Origin: the human T2T-CHM13v2.0 reference genome, Homo sapiens
Reading direction: 5' to 3' (one strand)
DNA: 64,000 bases
NCBI RefSeq assembly: GCF_009914755.1
Contig: NC_060938.1
Position numbers and translations under genes: made by a program. A model generated the notes under the pieces. It was not told where the DNA came from. It did not search any database and saw only the letters and a program-made list of their open reading frames with translations. Positions 1-19,118 of the stretch are shown in pieces. Within the stretch, counting starts at the first letter, position 1, and each line of letters opens with the position of its first letter.

Positions 1-800
1 CTTCATTATTTGGCTGTTAACAGGGGAAACCTGTATCAAGTAATTACACACAATGTGATCTCACCAAATAGTAAGGATATTTACATATAAATTTTCTTTA
101 AAAATCTATTAGTAATTTTTGAGTGAAAGGAACAATAGCGGACAATATAACATTACTGGGCCAATTCTTGAACGGCAAACATTAAGAGTAAAAAAAAAAT
201 TATTGAAAGCAGACACAATACTTATGTAAAATTTCAGAGAGAAAGACTAGGAGATAAAACCCTAATCCTCTTTACCTCAATCTTATATAACAAAATATTG
301 TTTCTAAAATGCAGCCCAAACTCTTATCCAGTCCTATTAAATAATAGCCAAGAAGTCAATTTTTAAATAAAATTTACTTTTACTTATAAATATAAATCAA
401 TACACCCCCCCCCAAATATATCAAGATATTTTTAAAACTCTGGTGGTCAGAATATATTATTTAAAAACTCTGTAACTTAGGCTGGGCACAGTGGCTCATG
501 CCTGTAATCTCGGCACTTTGAGAGGCTGAGGTGGGCAGATTACTTGAGGCCAAGAGTTTGAGACCAGCCTGGCCAACATGGCAAAACCCCATCTCTACTA
601 AAAATACAAAAATTAGCTGGAGGTGTTGGCACACACCTGTAATCCCAGCTACTCAGGAGGCTGAGGCATGAGAATCTCTTGCGCCTGGGAGGCGGAGGTT
701 GCAGTGAGCCAAGATTGCGCTGTTGCGCAACAGCCTGGCAACAGAGCCAGTCTGTCTCAAAACAAAACAAAACAAAACAAAACAACAACAAAAAAACACA

Positions 801-1640
801 ACTCTGTAACTCAACAACAAAAAGACAAACAACCCAATTTAAAAATAGGCAAAGAACTTGAATGGGTATTTCTGCAAAAAAATATACAAATGGCCATAAG
901 CACATGAAATGATACTCAACATCATTAGTCATTAGGGAAATGTAAATCAAAACCATGAGATACCATTTTACACCCGATAAGGATGACTATAATTTTTAAA
1001 AACCAGAGTATAACAACTGATGCCAAGTGTATGGTGAAACTGGAACCCTCTGATACTGCAGGTGAGAATGTAAAGTGGCACAGCTACTGGGAACAGCAGT
1101 TTGGCAGTTCCTCAAAAAGTTAAGCATAGATTACCATATGACCCAGCAATCCACTTCTAGGCATATACCCGCATGAATTTCTAACAGGGACTCAAGCAGA
1201 TCCCTATATGCCAATATTCAATGCAGCATTATTTACAGTAACCAAAAGGTGGAAACAATCCAAATACCTATCAATAGATGAATGGATAAACAAAATGTGA
1301 TATACACATACAATGGATTATTCAGCCATAAAAAGGAATAAAGTTCCTGATTGTGCTACAATACGGATGAACCCTGAAAACATGCTAAGTGAAATGAGCC
1401 AGATGCAAAAGGGCAAACATAACCTATTTCTACCTATACAAAATATCTAGAATAGAAAATTCAAAAAGACAAAGTAGATCAGAGGTTCCTAGGGGCTGGG
1501 AGGAGGGAGAAACACAAAGTTATAGCTTAATGGATACAAAATTTCTATTTCAAAGTAAATAGTGGTGATAGTTGTACAACACTGTGAATGTAATTGATGC
1601 CACTGAGTTGCACATTTAAAAATAGTTAAAAGGGCATTAA
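801..1640 (+). mobile_element. Old L1 (L1M-type) ORF2 3' end / 3'UTR fragment, with an Alu (480-800) inserted at its left edge
   Basis: Typical L1 motifs (caacatcattagtcattagggaaatg, ccatatgacccagcaatc, atagatgaatggataaacaaaatg). The Alu has TSD aactctgtaact. Confidence 0.8.
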
Positions 1641-1649
1641 ATATACATT

Positions 1650-4360
<2,711 letters not shown>

Positions 4361-4992
4361 GCATATATCTTGTAGACATAATGAGCCATGTGATGCTGGG
4401 CAAATTTCCTAATTCCGAACTTCCATTTCTACTAAGTGATATAAGGATATGTCCATCTACCATTACAGAATGATTCTAAGAAACAAAACAATTTATGTGA
4501 GTGTTGTTATAAGCCTAACATGAAAAAATGTTAATGAATAAATGAATAAAAATAAATGAATAAATACTTGTTCCCTTCCCTTTTCTTTAAACAACCTACT
4601 AAAACATGAGAAAATCCAGATTATGTTTTGATGGCAGGGAAAATTACCTGGAAGTCAATTTATTACTCAAATTAGAGAACTTTTAAAAATTAGGGAATTA
4701 ATTTAGAAATAATAAGGTCCAAAGACAGCTATGTTTCACCCTTCCTGTGGTATCTGATGATGTCTAGATATAGCAGTAGCAATCCACAAACAAGTACGTA
4801 TTTTATGATATTGATGTATAGTGAAGGCTCAGATTCTTTAATCATAGACAAATTAGTTAAAAATAATTGTGAGCCAGGCAGGGTGGCTCACGCCTGTAAT
4901 CCCAGCACTTTGGGAAGCCAAGGCGGGCAGATCACCTGAGGTTGGGAGTTCGCGACCAGCCTGACCAACATGGAGAAACCCCATTTCTATTA

Positions 4993-5151
<159 letters not shown>

Positions 5152-6539
5152 TCAAAATAAAAATAAAAATACCTGTGAATAGGCAGGGTGTGGTGGCTCA
5201 CACCTGTAATCCCAGCACTTTGGGAGACCAAGGCGGGTGTATCACCTGAGGTCAGGAGTTTGAGACCAGCCTGTCCAACATGGCAAAACCCTGTCTCTAC
5301 TAAAAATACAAAAATTAGCTGGGTGTGGTGGCATGCACCTGTAATCCCAGCTACTTGGGAGGCTGAGGTGGAAGAATCACTTAAACCAGGGAGGTGGAGT
5401 TTGCAGTGAGCTGAGATTCACCACTGCATTCCAGCCTGGGTGACACAGTGAGACTCTGTCTCAAAAAAACAAAACAAAACAAAAAAATCCTGTGAATAAA
5501 TAATTGACTAGACCAGGCATGGGGGCTCATGCCTGTAATCCCAACACTTTAGGAGGTTGAGGTGGGTGAATTACTCGAGCTTAGGAATACCAAACCAGCC
5601 TGAGCAACATGATGAAACTCCATCTGTACAAAAAATACAGAAAATTAGCTGGGCATGGGTGGTGTGCACCTGTAGTCCCAGTTACTAGGAAAGCTGGCTT
5701 GAGCCCAGGAGGTCGAGGCTGCAGTGAACTGAGATCACGCCATTGCACACTCCAGCCTGGGTGACAGGGTGAGACCCTGTCTCAAAAACAGAAACAAAAA
5801 ACAAAAAATAATTCATCAGCTTATTCACTTTTCTCATATCAAGGGTCTATTCCAAGTATCCGTATACAAGGGATATGGCACAGTCTATTTAGTCAGGAAA
5901 TTATGACTGATTGCTCCTATGGGCAAATTCAATCATACTTTGTAGTAAACTTCCTATAAATGTCACAAGTAGGATGCACCAATGGAAGTCTTCTTCAAAA
6001 TGCTACCTTATAACAGGCAAAATATTTCCTAATTGAAATTTTGAATTAATGTGCTTTGTATTCAAAGTAACAAATTAGCCACAAAATATGCAGGTAGCTC
6101 ATGTTCAAATCTAAAAAAGAAAGGGACATTCATGAGCTAAATAACAGCATGCTGACCCCCAGAATCTACACAGTCCTCATCTCAGATCACCTCACAGCAC
6201 CTAAAAGAATTAGAAAAGTATATGAAAAGTTACTACATGGGGCTGGGCACGGTGGCTCACGCCTGTAATCCCAGCACTTTGGGAGGCTGATATGGGTAGA
6301 TCAACTGAGGTCAGGAGTTCAAGACCTGCCTGGCCATCATGGTGAAACCCACTCTCTACTAAAAAATATAAAACCTAGCTGGGAGTGGTGGCACGCGCCT
6401 GTAGTCTCAGCTACTCAGGACGCTAAGGCGGGAGATCACTTGAATCCAGGAAGTAGAGGTTGCAGTGGGCCGAGACTGCGCCACTGCACTCCAGCCTGGG
6501 CGACAGAGTGAGACTCTGTCTCAAAAAAAAAAAAAGTTA

Positions 6540-6860
<321 letters not shown>

Positions 6861-8616
6861 TTACCATATTTAAACATGAATTTTAAAAATACCTTTCATA
6901 TACAAAATCTGTGTTCAATCCTTTAAGACTGGGCTTAGTTTTTTTATCTTGAATTAAAATTTTCAAGAGGCATTCCAATAAATTAGAGACTTTGTATTTA
7001 TTATTATTAATGAATAATTGCATGTTTACTTATATTTGTACCTATGTATACACTCATCTGATTTATAACTAACTCCATTTAAAGGTTACAATCTTTGACA
7101 TTGTCCAAACAAAACATATGAACTACTGTCAGACATGCTAAAGGACATACATTTACTACTATAAATCCCACAAATTTTGCATCCCAAACCCTATATTTAA
7201 TGGAAGACATGGACAAGTAATACAGTAATTTATTTTTCTGGTTAATAGTAGCAAGTTGGCCGGGCACAGTGGCTCCTGCCTGTAATCCCAGCACTTCAAG
7301 AGACTGAGGTGGGAAGCCAGGAGTTTGACACCAGCCTGGGCTATATAGCAAGACTGTGTCTCTACTTAAAAAAAAAAAAAAAAAAATTAAAAATTAGCCA
7401 GGCATGGTAGCACGCACCTGTAGTCCTAGCTACTTGGGACGATGAAGCAGGAGGACTGCCTAAGCCCAGAAGTTTGAAGCTACAGTGAGCTATGATCTCA
7501 CCACTGCACTCTAGCCTAGACAACAGAACAGGACTCCATCTCTTTAAAAAAAAAAAAAAAAAAAAAAAGCAGCAACTCAAAAAAAAAAAAAAAAAAGAAG
7601 AGATGTATCAAAAGACTTATACAGGACCATGTCATGCTTCATTCACTCACCTAAAAATTATTCTGTCAGGCAATGTGCTAGTTAGATGACCTTGTACAAA
7701 GCCAATTAACCTTCCTAAGTCTCAGGTTTTTCCTTGTTAAATTAGAATTACAACACTCTTCCAGAACTGACCAAAATGCATATAAAGCACTTAGCACAGT
7801 GCCTGATCACAGTCAATTCTCAAATGCTAGTTATAGCTATAATAGTTAATGTCAGGCCAAATGAGAACTTGAACTAAAAGTTTCTGAAAGACAGAACTTA
7901 TCAACACTGGTATTTCAGGAGCAAAGTAATTAAGAGAAGTAGGTAAGAGTGATCTCAGGTTTCTTTTTTAAACATTATGGTACTGTTCACTAAAAATAGG
8001 AAACCAAGAAAGACACAAGACAGGCGGGAGAAAGCATTTTGAAGTCTGAGATGCCCAAAAGGGACCAGAATGGAGAAATAACGATTTAGAATAGTCATTG
8101 AGGAGAACAGAAGAGGTTGCTGAGCTAAAACATGTAAAAGAACTTTTAATTGGTTGCAGACTCAGCTGAGATTTTAAATTCCTAGCTACATGTTTGTGTG
8201 ATTTTTCTCCAACAGCACCCAGCTGACACAGACCATCAATTGTCTGAATTTTAGGTGGTTACAGCATTTCTTTATTATGTGCCCCAAAGAGAATGACTGT
8301 TAAAGTACAGAATGGATTTTTTCAAGTAAACAAAAGTAGGGGCCAGATGTGGTGGCTCACGCCTGTAATCCCAACATTTTGGGAGGCCAAGGTAGGTCAA
8401 TCACCTGAGGTCAGGAGTTCGAGACCAGCGTGACCAACATGGTGAAACCCTGTCACTACTAAAAATACAAAATTAGCCGGGCGTGGTGGTGCATGCCTGT
8501 AATCCCAGCTACTTGGGAGGCTGAGGCAGGAGAATCGCTTGAACCCAGGAGACTTCAGTGAGCCGAGATTGCACCATTGCACTCCAGCCTGGGCAACAAG
8601 ATGGAAACTCTGTCTC

Positions 8617-8648
<32 letters not shown>

Positions 8649-8995
8649 GTGGGGGAGATGTATAAATGACTGAATGAGGCTCTTCAACAGCTGAGTAGCG
8701 TGAACTAGGAAAATTTCAATTTTGAAAATTCTAACATCATTGTTGAACTAGATTGTTTAGATGGGTACTATACCATAGTATGACTAGAAGGAAAAAAGGA
8801 AAGGATGAAAGAAAAGTTATTTCAGCTGGGTGCGGTGGCTCATGCCTGTAATCCCAGCACTTTGAGGGGCCGAGGCAGGCAGATCACCTGAGGTCAGGAG
8901 TTTGAGACCAGCCTGGCCAATATGGTGAAACCCTGTCTCTACCAAAGATACAAAAATTAGCTGGGCATGGAGGCAGGTGCCTGTAATGCCAGCTA

Positions 8996-9103
<108 letters not shown>

Positions 9104-9180
9104 TCAAAAAAAAAGTTATTTCAATGGAATATCATTAGGCAATCTGCCAAATAATTTAAAAATTAATAAAAATCACTTAC

Positions 9181-9324
9181 CCATTTTGAAAAGAACAGCT
9201 TTGTGTTTCTGAATCATCACTATCACTGATGATAATAGTTTCTCCATCCACACTGTTAACATGTCCATTAGCAAAACCATTTTGATGTGATGGAGGGAGG
9301 ACTTCCAAAATCCTACACTGCAAC
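9181..9324 (-). CDS. BAZ1A: BAZ1A exon 4 (144 nt): (R)LQCRILEVLPPSHQNGFANGHVNSVDGETIIISDSDDSETQSCSFQN(G)
   Basis: Acceptor TTTTATTTCAG|G at 9325 and donor AATGG|GTAAGT at 9180. Continues exon 3 in frame (AG|G = Arg) and matches the BAZ1A sequence I recognise. Confidence 0.95.
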
Positions 9325-9554
9325 CTGAAATAAAATGATACATTTAAAAATGCAAATCATTTCATATTTTACAGCCAAACATGTCAGAGCAATCGAATTG
9401 TTTTGAACTAGTTATTTTGTTTTGCAGAGGCTATAGCTGATTGATTTAAACAATTTAATTAAAAAGAAAATCTGTAACATCTAAGCAAATATTAGATATA
9501 ATTTAAAGCTGTAAAACTATTTTAAAACTCAATTTATCAAGATTATACAAAATT

Positions 9555-10580
9555 ATATTATTTCCTTCCTTCTGCTAGCTCTGGATTGTTTGTTCTTCTA
9601 GTTCCTTAGGTTGTAAAGTTAGGTTGCTGATGTGAGATCTTTCTTGTGTTTTAATGTAAGGATTTATAGCTACAAACTCCCCTCTTAGCACTGCTTTTGC
9701 TGTATCCCATAAATTTTGGTATATTTTTGTTTTCATTCATCTCTAAGTTATTTTCTAATTTTCCTTAGGATTTCTTCTTTGCTCCACTGGTTAAGAGTGT
9801 GTTTTAAATTTTCACAAATTTGTGAATTTTCTAGTTTTCCTTTGTTAATGATTGCTAAGTTCATGTTGTTGTAGTCAGAGAATATACTTTGTATGAGATT
9901 GTGATGCTTAATTTTAGGTGTGAACTTGACTGCATTAAGGCAAAAGCAGATAGTCGCTAAAGTATTATTGCTAAGTGTGTCTTATTAGGGTGTTTCCACA
10001 GAAGAGTGCTGTGTGAGTCAGTGGACTGAGTCAGGGAAGATTCTCCCTCAATGGGAGCAGGCACCATCCAATTAACTGGGGGCCCAGACAGGACAAAAAG
10101 GCAGAGAAAAGACAAATTCATTCGATTTCTGGAGCTGGGACACCTCTCTTCTCCTGCCTTTGGACATCAACAACTCCAGGTCCACCAGCCTTTGGATTTT
10201 GGGACTTGCACCAGTGTCCCCTCCTCCATACTCTCTCCCCATCCCTTCTCCTATCTCTCTCTCTCTCTCGATAAATATCTCCTATTGGTTCTGTCTCTCT
10301 GGAAAACTCTGTCTAATACAGATATCTACCTTCTAAAATCCAATGAGACTAAATTTGTGACCTAGCATAAGGTTTATCCTGGAGAATATCCCATGTGCAC
10401 TTGAGAAGAATGTGTATTGTTGTTGGGTTGAGTGTTCTGTTTATGTCTGTTACGTCTAGTTGATTTATTGTGTTGTTCAGATCCTCTATTTCTTAACTTC
10501 TGCCGGGTTGTTCCATCCATTATGGAAGATGGAGTACTGAAGTCTCCAGCTATTATTGTGAAAATGTCTGTTTCTCTCAG
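9555..10580 (-). mobile_element. L1 ORF2 fragment (antisense), interrupted by an MLT2 LTR
   Basis: Motifs cctcttagcactgcttttgctgtatcccataaattttggtat and ccatgtgcacttgagaagaatgtgtatt. Confidence 0.75.
9900..10320 (+). mobile_element. MLT2-type (ERVL) solo LTR
   Basis: TGTGATGCTTAATTTTAGGTGTGAACTTGACT...TCTCCTATTGGTTCTGTCTCTCTGGAAAACTCTGTCTAATACA with TG...CA ends; 5-bp TSD gagat/gatat. Confidence 0.85.
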
Positions 10581-10715
10581 CAGTTATATTCCTAACTAAA
10601 GTTAACTGTCTAGAAAGTCATTGCCGGGCGCGGTGGCTCACGCCTGTAATCCCAGCACTTTGGGAGGCCGAGGCAGGTGGATCACGAGGTCAGAAGATCG
10701 AGACCATCCTGGCTA

Positions 10716-10943
<228 letters not shown>

Positions 10944-11199
10944 TTATTTTACAGATTTGGGGCCTTATAATTTTTGAAAGCATCCAATATTTTAAATTCT
11001 AAAATTCTTCAGACAAAAGTTATTCTCACAACTTTTGTTGTGATTTCTGATCTCTGGAAAGCTTCCTATTTACTAACTCTATCACCCCTATTCTGGCTTC
11101 CTTTACTCTGCATACTGTATCTGGATTTTATGGGCCATGATTTTAGACTCATTCAACCACAATTAAAATATTCCTTAATCGGCCGGGTGTGGTGGCTCA

Positions 11200-11601
<402 letters not shown>

Positions 11602-12210
11602 CTACTATGAATTCAAGGTTAGGATCTTACTGTTGAGATAACTTTTGTTGGTTCTCAAAACAGATTTCCAAAACTTTCTCGTTTCCTCAAGTCCCAGTCT
11701 CAGTGCTTTAACATTAGAAAATGAAAGAAGAGATCTTCACTTAGGCTCTTTGACTTCCTTCTCAACATCAAATGTCCATATCCTTCATAATTGTTCATAT
11801 TCTGATGTCAGAAGGGTTCTCTTCCAGCCTGTAACCTCTTCTTTTATCCCGTTGCATTGTATTTCTCCTCCTGTGTATCTTCAGTTTTCCTCTGCTAAAA
11901 GACATGCTCTTCAATACCCTGGAAAGTTTTTATCTATCTCTAGCTTTCTAGAGACTCCAGGGTATGGTCTCTTCTTCTCATTCCCTAGAGGGACCTGGCA
12001 TTGCGGAAGCCAAAGTAGATTCCAAGAACAAAAACAATCCAATTTTTATAAATATCCCCTTATATGGAAGCATAGTGATTGCCAAAGCAAGGGAAAGGCC
12101 AAGCAAAGATAATCTGCATCTGTACCTGCTCTGTAGACATTTTGCTTCTTGTAAAGACCATTTGCACGCCTGCAATCCCAGCACTTTGAGAGGGTGAGAA
12201 AGGCGGATCA

Positions 12211-12502
<292 letters not shown>

Positions 12503-13204
12503 TCAGATCCTACAACTGCATGCACCCCAGCTTGGGTGACTGAGTGAGACTATCTAAAAAAATAAACAAAAATAAATAAAAATAAAAAAAAAGACCATTT
12601 CATTGGCCAAAAAATAAATTAATAGCAACTTCCTATCAATTTATAATCTGCTCTTCAATGTATCCTCTTCTCTCAGGACTTATTCATCCATCAGTGAAGT
12701 CTCCTCTCCTTCCATTTACTGTCAGGTGGTTCAAAAGTGTGACTTATATTGTCTCTCCACTTCCCTACCATTCCTACAATTTTGGTCATCATATACAAAA
12801 CTTGTCCCAAGAAAGTCACAATAATCTAACTATTGGTCAACAAATCCAAAGTATTGTATTAGTTGTCTTAATCTTCTGTAAACCATTATCCACCCCCTTA
12901 CTAAAAAATTCCACCTCTATTTTTATGGTTCAAAATCTTACCTATTCATCATCTAACCTACCTCCCTGACCACACTTCTTCTCTGTCTTTGCCTGCTTCT
13001 TGATCTCCTCATACTACCAAAATATATAGTGATTCCCCCAAAGTGCTACTGCATATCTCTTGGTTGATATATACTTTCCCTTGGTGTCTCATCTCAGCTC
13101 TAGATAACTGATTGTCTGACTCTCAACTTCTAGAAATGTGGTCAAAAAAATCCATTTCTTCTCTAGAGGGAGTTTATGTAACCAAGGAGGTTTAATCTCT
13201 ATTG

Positions 13205-13855
13205 AGACAGTCACAATAATAGTATTGGTGAGGATGTAGAACCACCTTGAAAAACAGTGTGACAACTCCTCAAAGATTTACCATATGACCCTGTAATTCC
13301 GCTTTTAGCTATATACCTGAGAGACATAAAACATATGTCCACACAAACTTGTACATAAATGTTCAAAACAGTACTACTCATAAGAGCCAAAAATTATAAA
13401 CAATCCAAATATCCATCAACTGATCATTAAAATGTGGTATATACCATGCAATAAAATATTATCCAGCAAAAAAAAAAATAGGAATGAAGTACTGATACAT
13501 GCTACAATATTTATGAATCTTGAAAATATTATGCTAATGAAAGGGGCCAGACACAAAAGACCACCTATCATAGGATTCCATTTATATGAAATATCCAGAA
13601 ATCTGGATATTTATATTTCATATAAAATCTAGGCAAATCTCTAGAGAGAAGATAGACAAAGTAGGTACCAGAAACTTGGCGGCGGGGGATGGCGGGGGCA
13701 GTGTAAGGGGACAGGAGGGCCATGGGCAGTGACTGCTAATGGGCAAAGCTTTTCTTTCTGAGATTTTGAAAATGTTATAAAATTAAAACTGTACATTTTA
13801 AATGGGTGAATTTTATGGTATGTGAAATATATCTCAATAAAGTCATTAAAAAAAG
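13205..13855 (+). mobile_element. L1M 3' fragment
   Basis: Motifs ccatatgaccctgtaattcc, aatgaagtactgatacatgctacaa and tatatctcaataaag. Confidence 0.75.
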
Positions 13856-14979
13856 AGTTGCAAGATACAGTAGGGAGTAAATATAAAGGAGAGAGAGCAT
13901 TGCTGGAATTATATTTATGGTATATCTCTACAACTCCTTTTTTTTTTTTTTTTTTTGAGTCTCACTCTGTCCCCCAGGCAGTGTGCAATCTCAGCTCACT
14001 GCAACTTCTGCCTCCCGGGTTCAACTGATTCTCCCACCTCAGCATCCCAAGAAGCTGGGACTACAGGCACAATCCACCACGCCCAGCTAATATTTTGTAT
14101 TTTTAGTAGAGATGGGGTTTCTCCATGTTGGCCAGGCTGCAGCCTCTACAACTCTTATGCAATCCTGGGGAAGGTTTTATTAACTACAAATATTCTAAGC
14201 ACATAAATACCTACCATTGGGCTAAATCTCTATTCTCTGAGAAAAAGTGGTTCAAGATTAGATACTTTGCTGACTATATCATTCATTTGGTTATACCATA
14301 CCATCAACAAATTTTGATATACTGTTTGATATCCTGTCTCATTTACCAGCTCTATTCTCCTAGGAACTTTATTCTTCCCATGTTCTACCCTCTTCCAAAT
14401 GGCTATTAATAGAGCTGCCATGTTCTCCCAAAATAATGGCCAGATTTAGCTGATACAGGGTAGGCACTACTTTGCTGAGCTCATATATCTTTTCTAAGAT
14501 TTTTAAACTTGGAATCTAGAAGGTAAAAATCAGTCCTTGTCTCCCACCATGAAATCTGTAAGATAAAATTCTGGTGCTGTCGGCAGCCATATATCCTGCT
14601 ACATGGAGGAGACAGTGTGCAGTGAAAGGTGGTAAAATCTGTAAGACAGAAGAGATGGCAAGGATACTAGAGGCAATTAGTTCTTTTATTCCTGTTCTTC
14701 CTCAGATTTAGCTGCACCTTGCCCATTCCAGGCTTAGCTGTTTAATCTTTCCTTCCATTTAACAAACAAATAATCCTACACCCAAACAAAAGAAAACATA
14801 ACTGGTTCCAAAGCACCCTAAGGCCTAAGAATCAACAAAATGTATACTATATGGGTCAACCCAAAGTCCTCAAAGCATCTTACCTTCTACCTTCTACTCA
14901 TTTCCCCTCACTAAGATTTACATAAGTTCAATTAAATTTAAGCATCCTAGTCTTGGTCCTTTTCAAGCTGCTCTTTTTA

Positions 14980-15353
14980 AAAAATTGAAGGAAAAAAAAG
15001 ACTCAAATTACTAAAATCAGAAGTGAAAGTGAGAATATTATCGCTGATTTTACAAAAATAAAAAAGGTTATAAGAGAATACTGGCTGGGTGCGACAGATC
15101 ACACCTAATCCCAGCACTTTGGCAGGCTGAGGAAGGGAGATGGCTTGAGCCCAGAAGTTCAAGACCAGCTTGGGCAACATGGAGAAACCCTGCCTCTACA
15201 AAAATACAAAAATCAGCCAGGCATAGTGGTGTGCACTTGCAGTCCCAGCTACTCAGGAGGCTAAGGTTGGAGGATCATTGAGTCCAGGAGGCAGAGGCTG
15301 TCTCAGAAAATGTAAGTATGTATGTATGTGTATGTGTGTATATATACATATAT

Positions 15354-15399
<46 letters not shown>

Positions 15400-17060
15400 G
15401 TATGTATGTATATTTCCTAACAAAGAAAAGCCCAAGAACAGATGGCTTCACTGGGGAATTCTATTCAACACTTACAGAAGCATTAACATACATTATCTCA
15501 AAATCTTCCAAGAAACTAAAGAAGAGGGAATGCTTCCTAATTCATTCTATAAGGCCAGAATTACCCTGATACCCAGGCAGACAAAGAGATGGCAGAATAT
15601 ATGAAGAACTCTCACAACTCAAAAAAAAAAAAACCCCAAACCACTCAATTCAAAGACGGGCAAAAGACTTGAATAGACATTTCTCCAAGAAGATACAAAC
15701 AGCAATAAGCACATGAAAGATGCTCAGCATCATTTGTCATAAGGAAAATACAAAATCAAAACCACAATGAGATACGACTTCACACTCACTAAGATGGTTA
15801 TATATTTTTTCTTTTTTTTAAACACAGAAATTCACAAGTGTTAATGAGAATGTAGAGGAAATGGAACACTAGTGCATTGCTGGTGGGAATGTAAAATGGT
15901 ACAACTGCTACAGAGAACAGTTTGGCAATTCCTCAAAAAATTAAACATACAATTATCATATAGCCCAGTAATTCCACTTCCAGGTATATACCCAAAAGAA
16001 TTGAAAACAAGAACTCAGATACTCATACACCAATGCTCATAGCAGTATTATTCACAATAGCTAAAAGGTGGAATCAACCTAAGTGTCCATCAACAGATGA
16101 ATGGATAAGCAAACTGTGGTATATACATATAATGGAACATTCAGACATAAAAAGGAATAAAATTCTGATACATGCTACAATGTGGATGAACCTTGAAAAC
16201 ATGTTCATAGGCTGGGCAACAGAGTGAGACCCCCAACTCTACAAAACAAAAATTTAAAAATTAGCCAGGTGTGGTGGTGCACATCAGTGGTCCCAGCTGC
16301 TAGGGAGGCTGTGGTGGGAAGATCGCTTGAGCCTGGGAAGTTGAGGCTGCAGCGCACCACTACACTTCAGACACTGTCTCAAAGAAAAACAAACAAACAA
16401 AAAACCCCAAGCTTGGCTGGGTGTGGTGGCTCACGCCTGTAACCCCAGCACTTTGGGAGACCGAGGCGGGTGGATCACGAGGTCAGGAGTTTGAGACCAG
16501 CCTGACCAAACATGGTGAAATCCCGTCTCTACTAAAGATACAAAAATTAGCCGGGCGTGGTGGCGCGCGCCTATAATCCCAGCTACTCAGGAGGCTGAGA
16601 CAGGAGAATCATTTGAACCCAGGAGGCGGAGGTTGCAGTGAGCAGAGATCACACCACTGCACTCCAGCTTGTGCGACAGAGCGAGACTCCATCTCACAAA
16701 ACAAAACAAAAACCCCAAGCAAACAAAAAAGAAAACATTATGTTCAGTGAATTGAGCCACAAAAGGACAAATATATGATTCCACTTATATGAAGTATCCG
16801 GAATAGGCAAATTCACAGAGAAAGAACATAGAATAAAGGTTACCAGAAGCTGGGGGAAGGATAGAATGGGGAGTTATTGCTTAATAGCTACAGAGTTTCT
16901 GTTTGGGATGATGAAAAAGTTCTGGAAATAGTGGTGATATTTACACAATACTGTGTACAACATTAAGTACACTGTGAATGTACTTAATGCCACTGAACTG
17001 CACACTTAAAATGACAAAAATAGTAAAAATTTTATGTTTATTTTACTAAAATAAAAAAAA
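14980..17060 (+). mobile_element. L1M fragments (ORF2 piece and 3' end) interrupted by Alus and a microsatellite
   Basis: Motifs gatggcttcactggggaattctat, cttcctaattcattctataaggccag, tgtccatcaacagatgaatggataa. Confidence 0.75.
15313..15412. repeat. Compound (TATG)n/(TA)n/(CA)n microsatellite
   Basis: Directly visible. Confidence 0.9.
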
Positions 17061-18188
17061 CAACTTTTTTTATTCTAAGAGAAAAGCTTGAGAAGAGGCT
17101 CAATTACCAATCCTACATTGGTAGCAAACGGAAATGATGTCTAAAGAACTGCAGGCTGACTTTCACCACTGACTGGTAGAAATAAACCAGTGTTTCTCAA
17201 GAGGAACAACTACAGGAAATCATATCAAAACCTGTTAGGTAATTATGTAGCCTATTGATAAAAAGGCTCTGTACTTTAGTAACATGAGCTGTAAAAAATA
17301 TGAAAGAAATCAAATGGATCTGCCTTTGAAAGGCTTAGATATCAGATCTATCAGGGCTCATAATATTACTAAGGCTTCTGGGAAGTAATGAAGGAAGCTT
17401 TTCAGGGACCCTATGACAAGGTTGCTCAAGTTAGAAACAGAGATGATCTTTGCTGGCAGAGCCCAGGTGAATGCCCCTTAAGTGGTAACAGTGGTGGTGG
17501 TCATGAGGCAAATACAGGGTAAATGAGTCTACTCTGAACCCAATTACAGTTGATGTGAGGCCTAAAGTGGTCTGACAGTCATCAGTGGGAACAACTGACC
17601 ACAGTAGGTCCCACAGGGCTACAATAATTTGAGGACTAATATATTTAAAACCAACAGAAAGAAATACAATTCCCTGACAGAGGAATTAGGGAGAAGGAAA
17701 CCAGTGCAACACAGGGACATTGCCCAGAAGTAAATTATATAAATTGTAGTAATTATTGTCAATGCTACTATTGACTTTGTAGCACAACCAAACCACCGGT
17801 AGCATTCCTTGTCAATCTAATCAAGGCTAGCCCTTCCCATAGGTACTTAGCTAAACTTATGTTACTCAAGATGCCAAGTCAACACCTTCTAATAGATTTC
17901 TAGAGACTTAGTCTATGTCTTTCACAGCTACTTGCTACCATTTCTTGATTCTAGGGAGTTCAAAGAAGTTTACAGGGGTGTATGTAAAAAAACAGAGAAT
18001 CATGAATTAAGACCCAGCTAGAGGATCTTCAAGAGCATAGAAACTATTTGAATTAAAGTTATGCTCCATTATTTGAGAACACAGTGGAAGTTAATGATTA
18101 AGAGTCCTTACCATTAGCATTCATGTGTGCCAGATTAAATATGTAATTTACATATATGTCTCTCCTTATATATCAATCAACTCCATAA

Positions 18189-18509
<321 letters not shown>

Positions 18510-18810
18510 TGAGCCACTGCACCCTGCCCAGGGATTTAAGTAATTTGCTCTCAGTCACACAACCAGTAATGGTACAGCCAAAACTTTAACTGTGTGACTC
18601 TTAAGCCCATATACTTTCTAATTTTCCACTCTATTATTAGAGTTGAAGGGAATGGAAGCATTATGTTGACCCAAGGGCATTTCACAACTTTAAGCCCAGG
18701 CAATGCGAGGCTCCTTAAAGTACTAACAACTTAAACACATTTCAGAGTGAAAGCAAGACTGTGGAACAGGAGCAAGTACAGTATAAGGGCACAACATTAA
18801 TTAGTCATAA

Positions 18811-19118
<308 letters not shown>

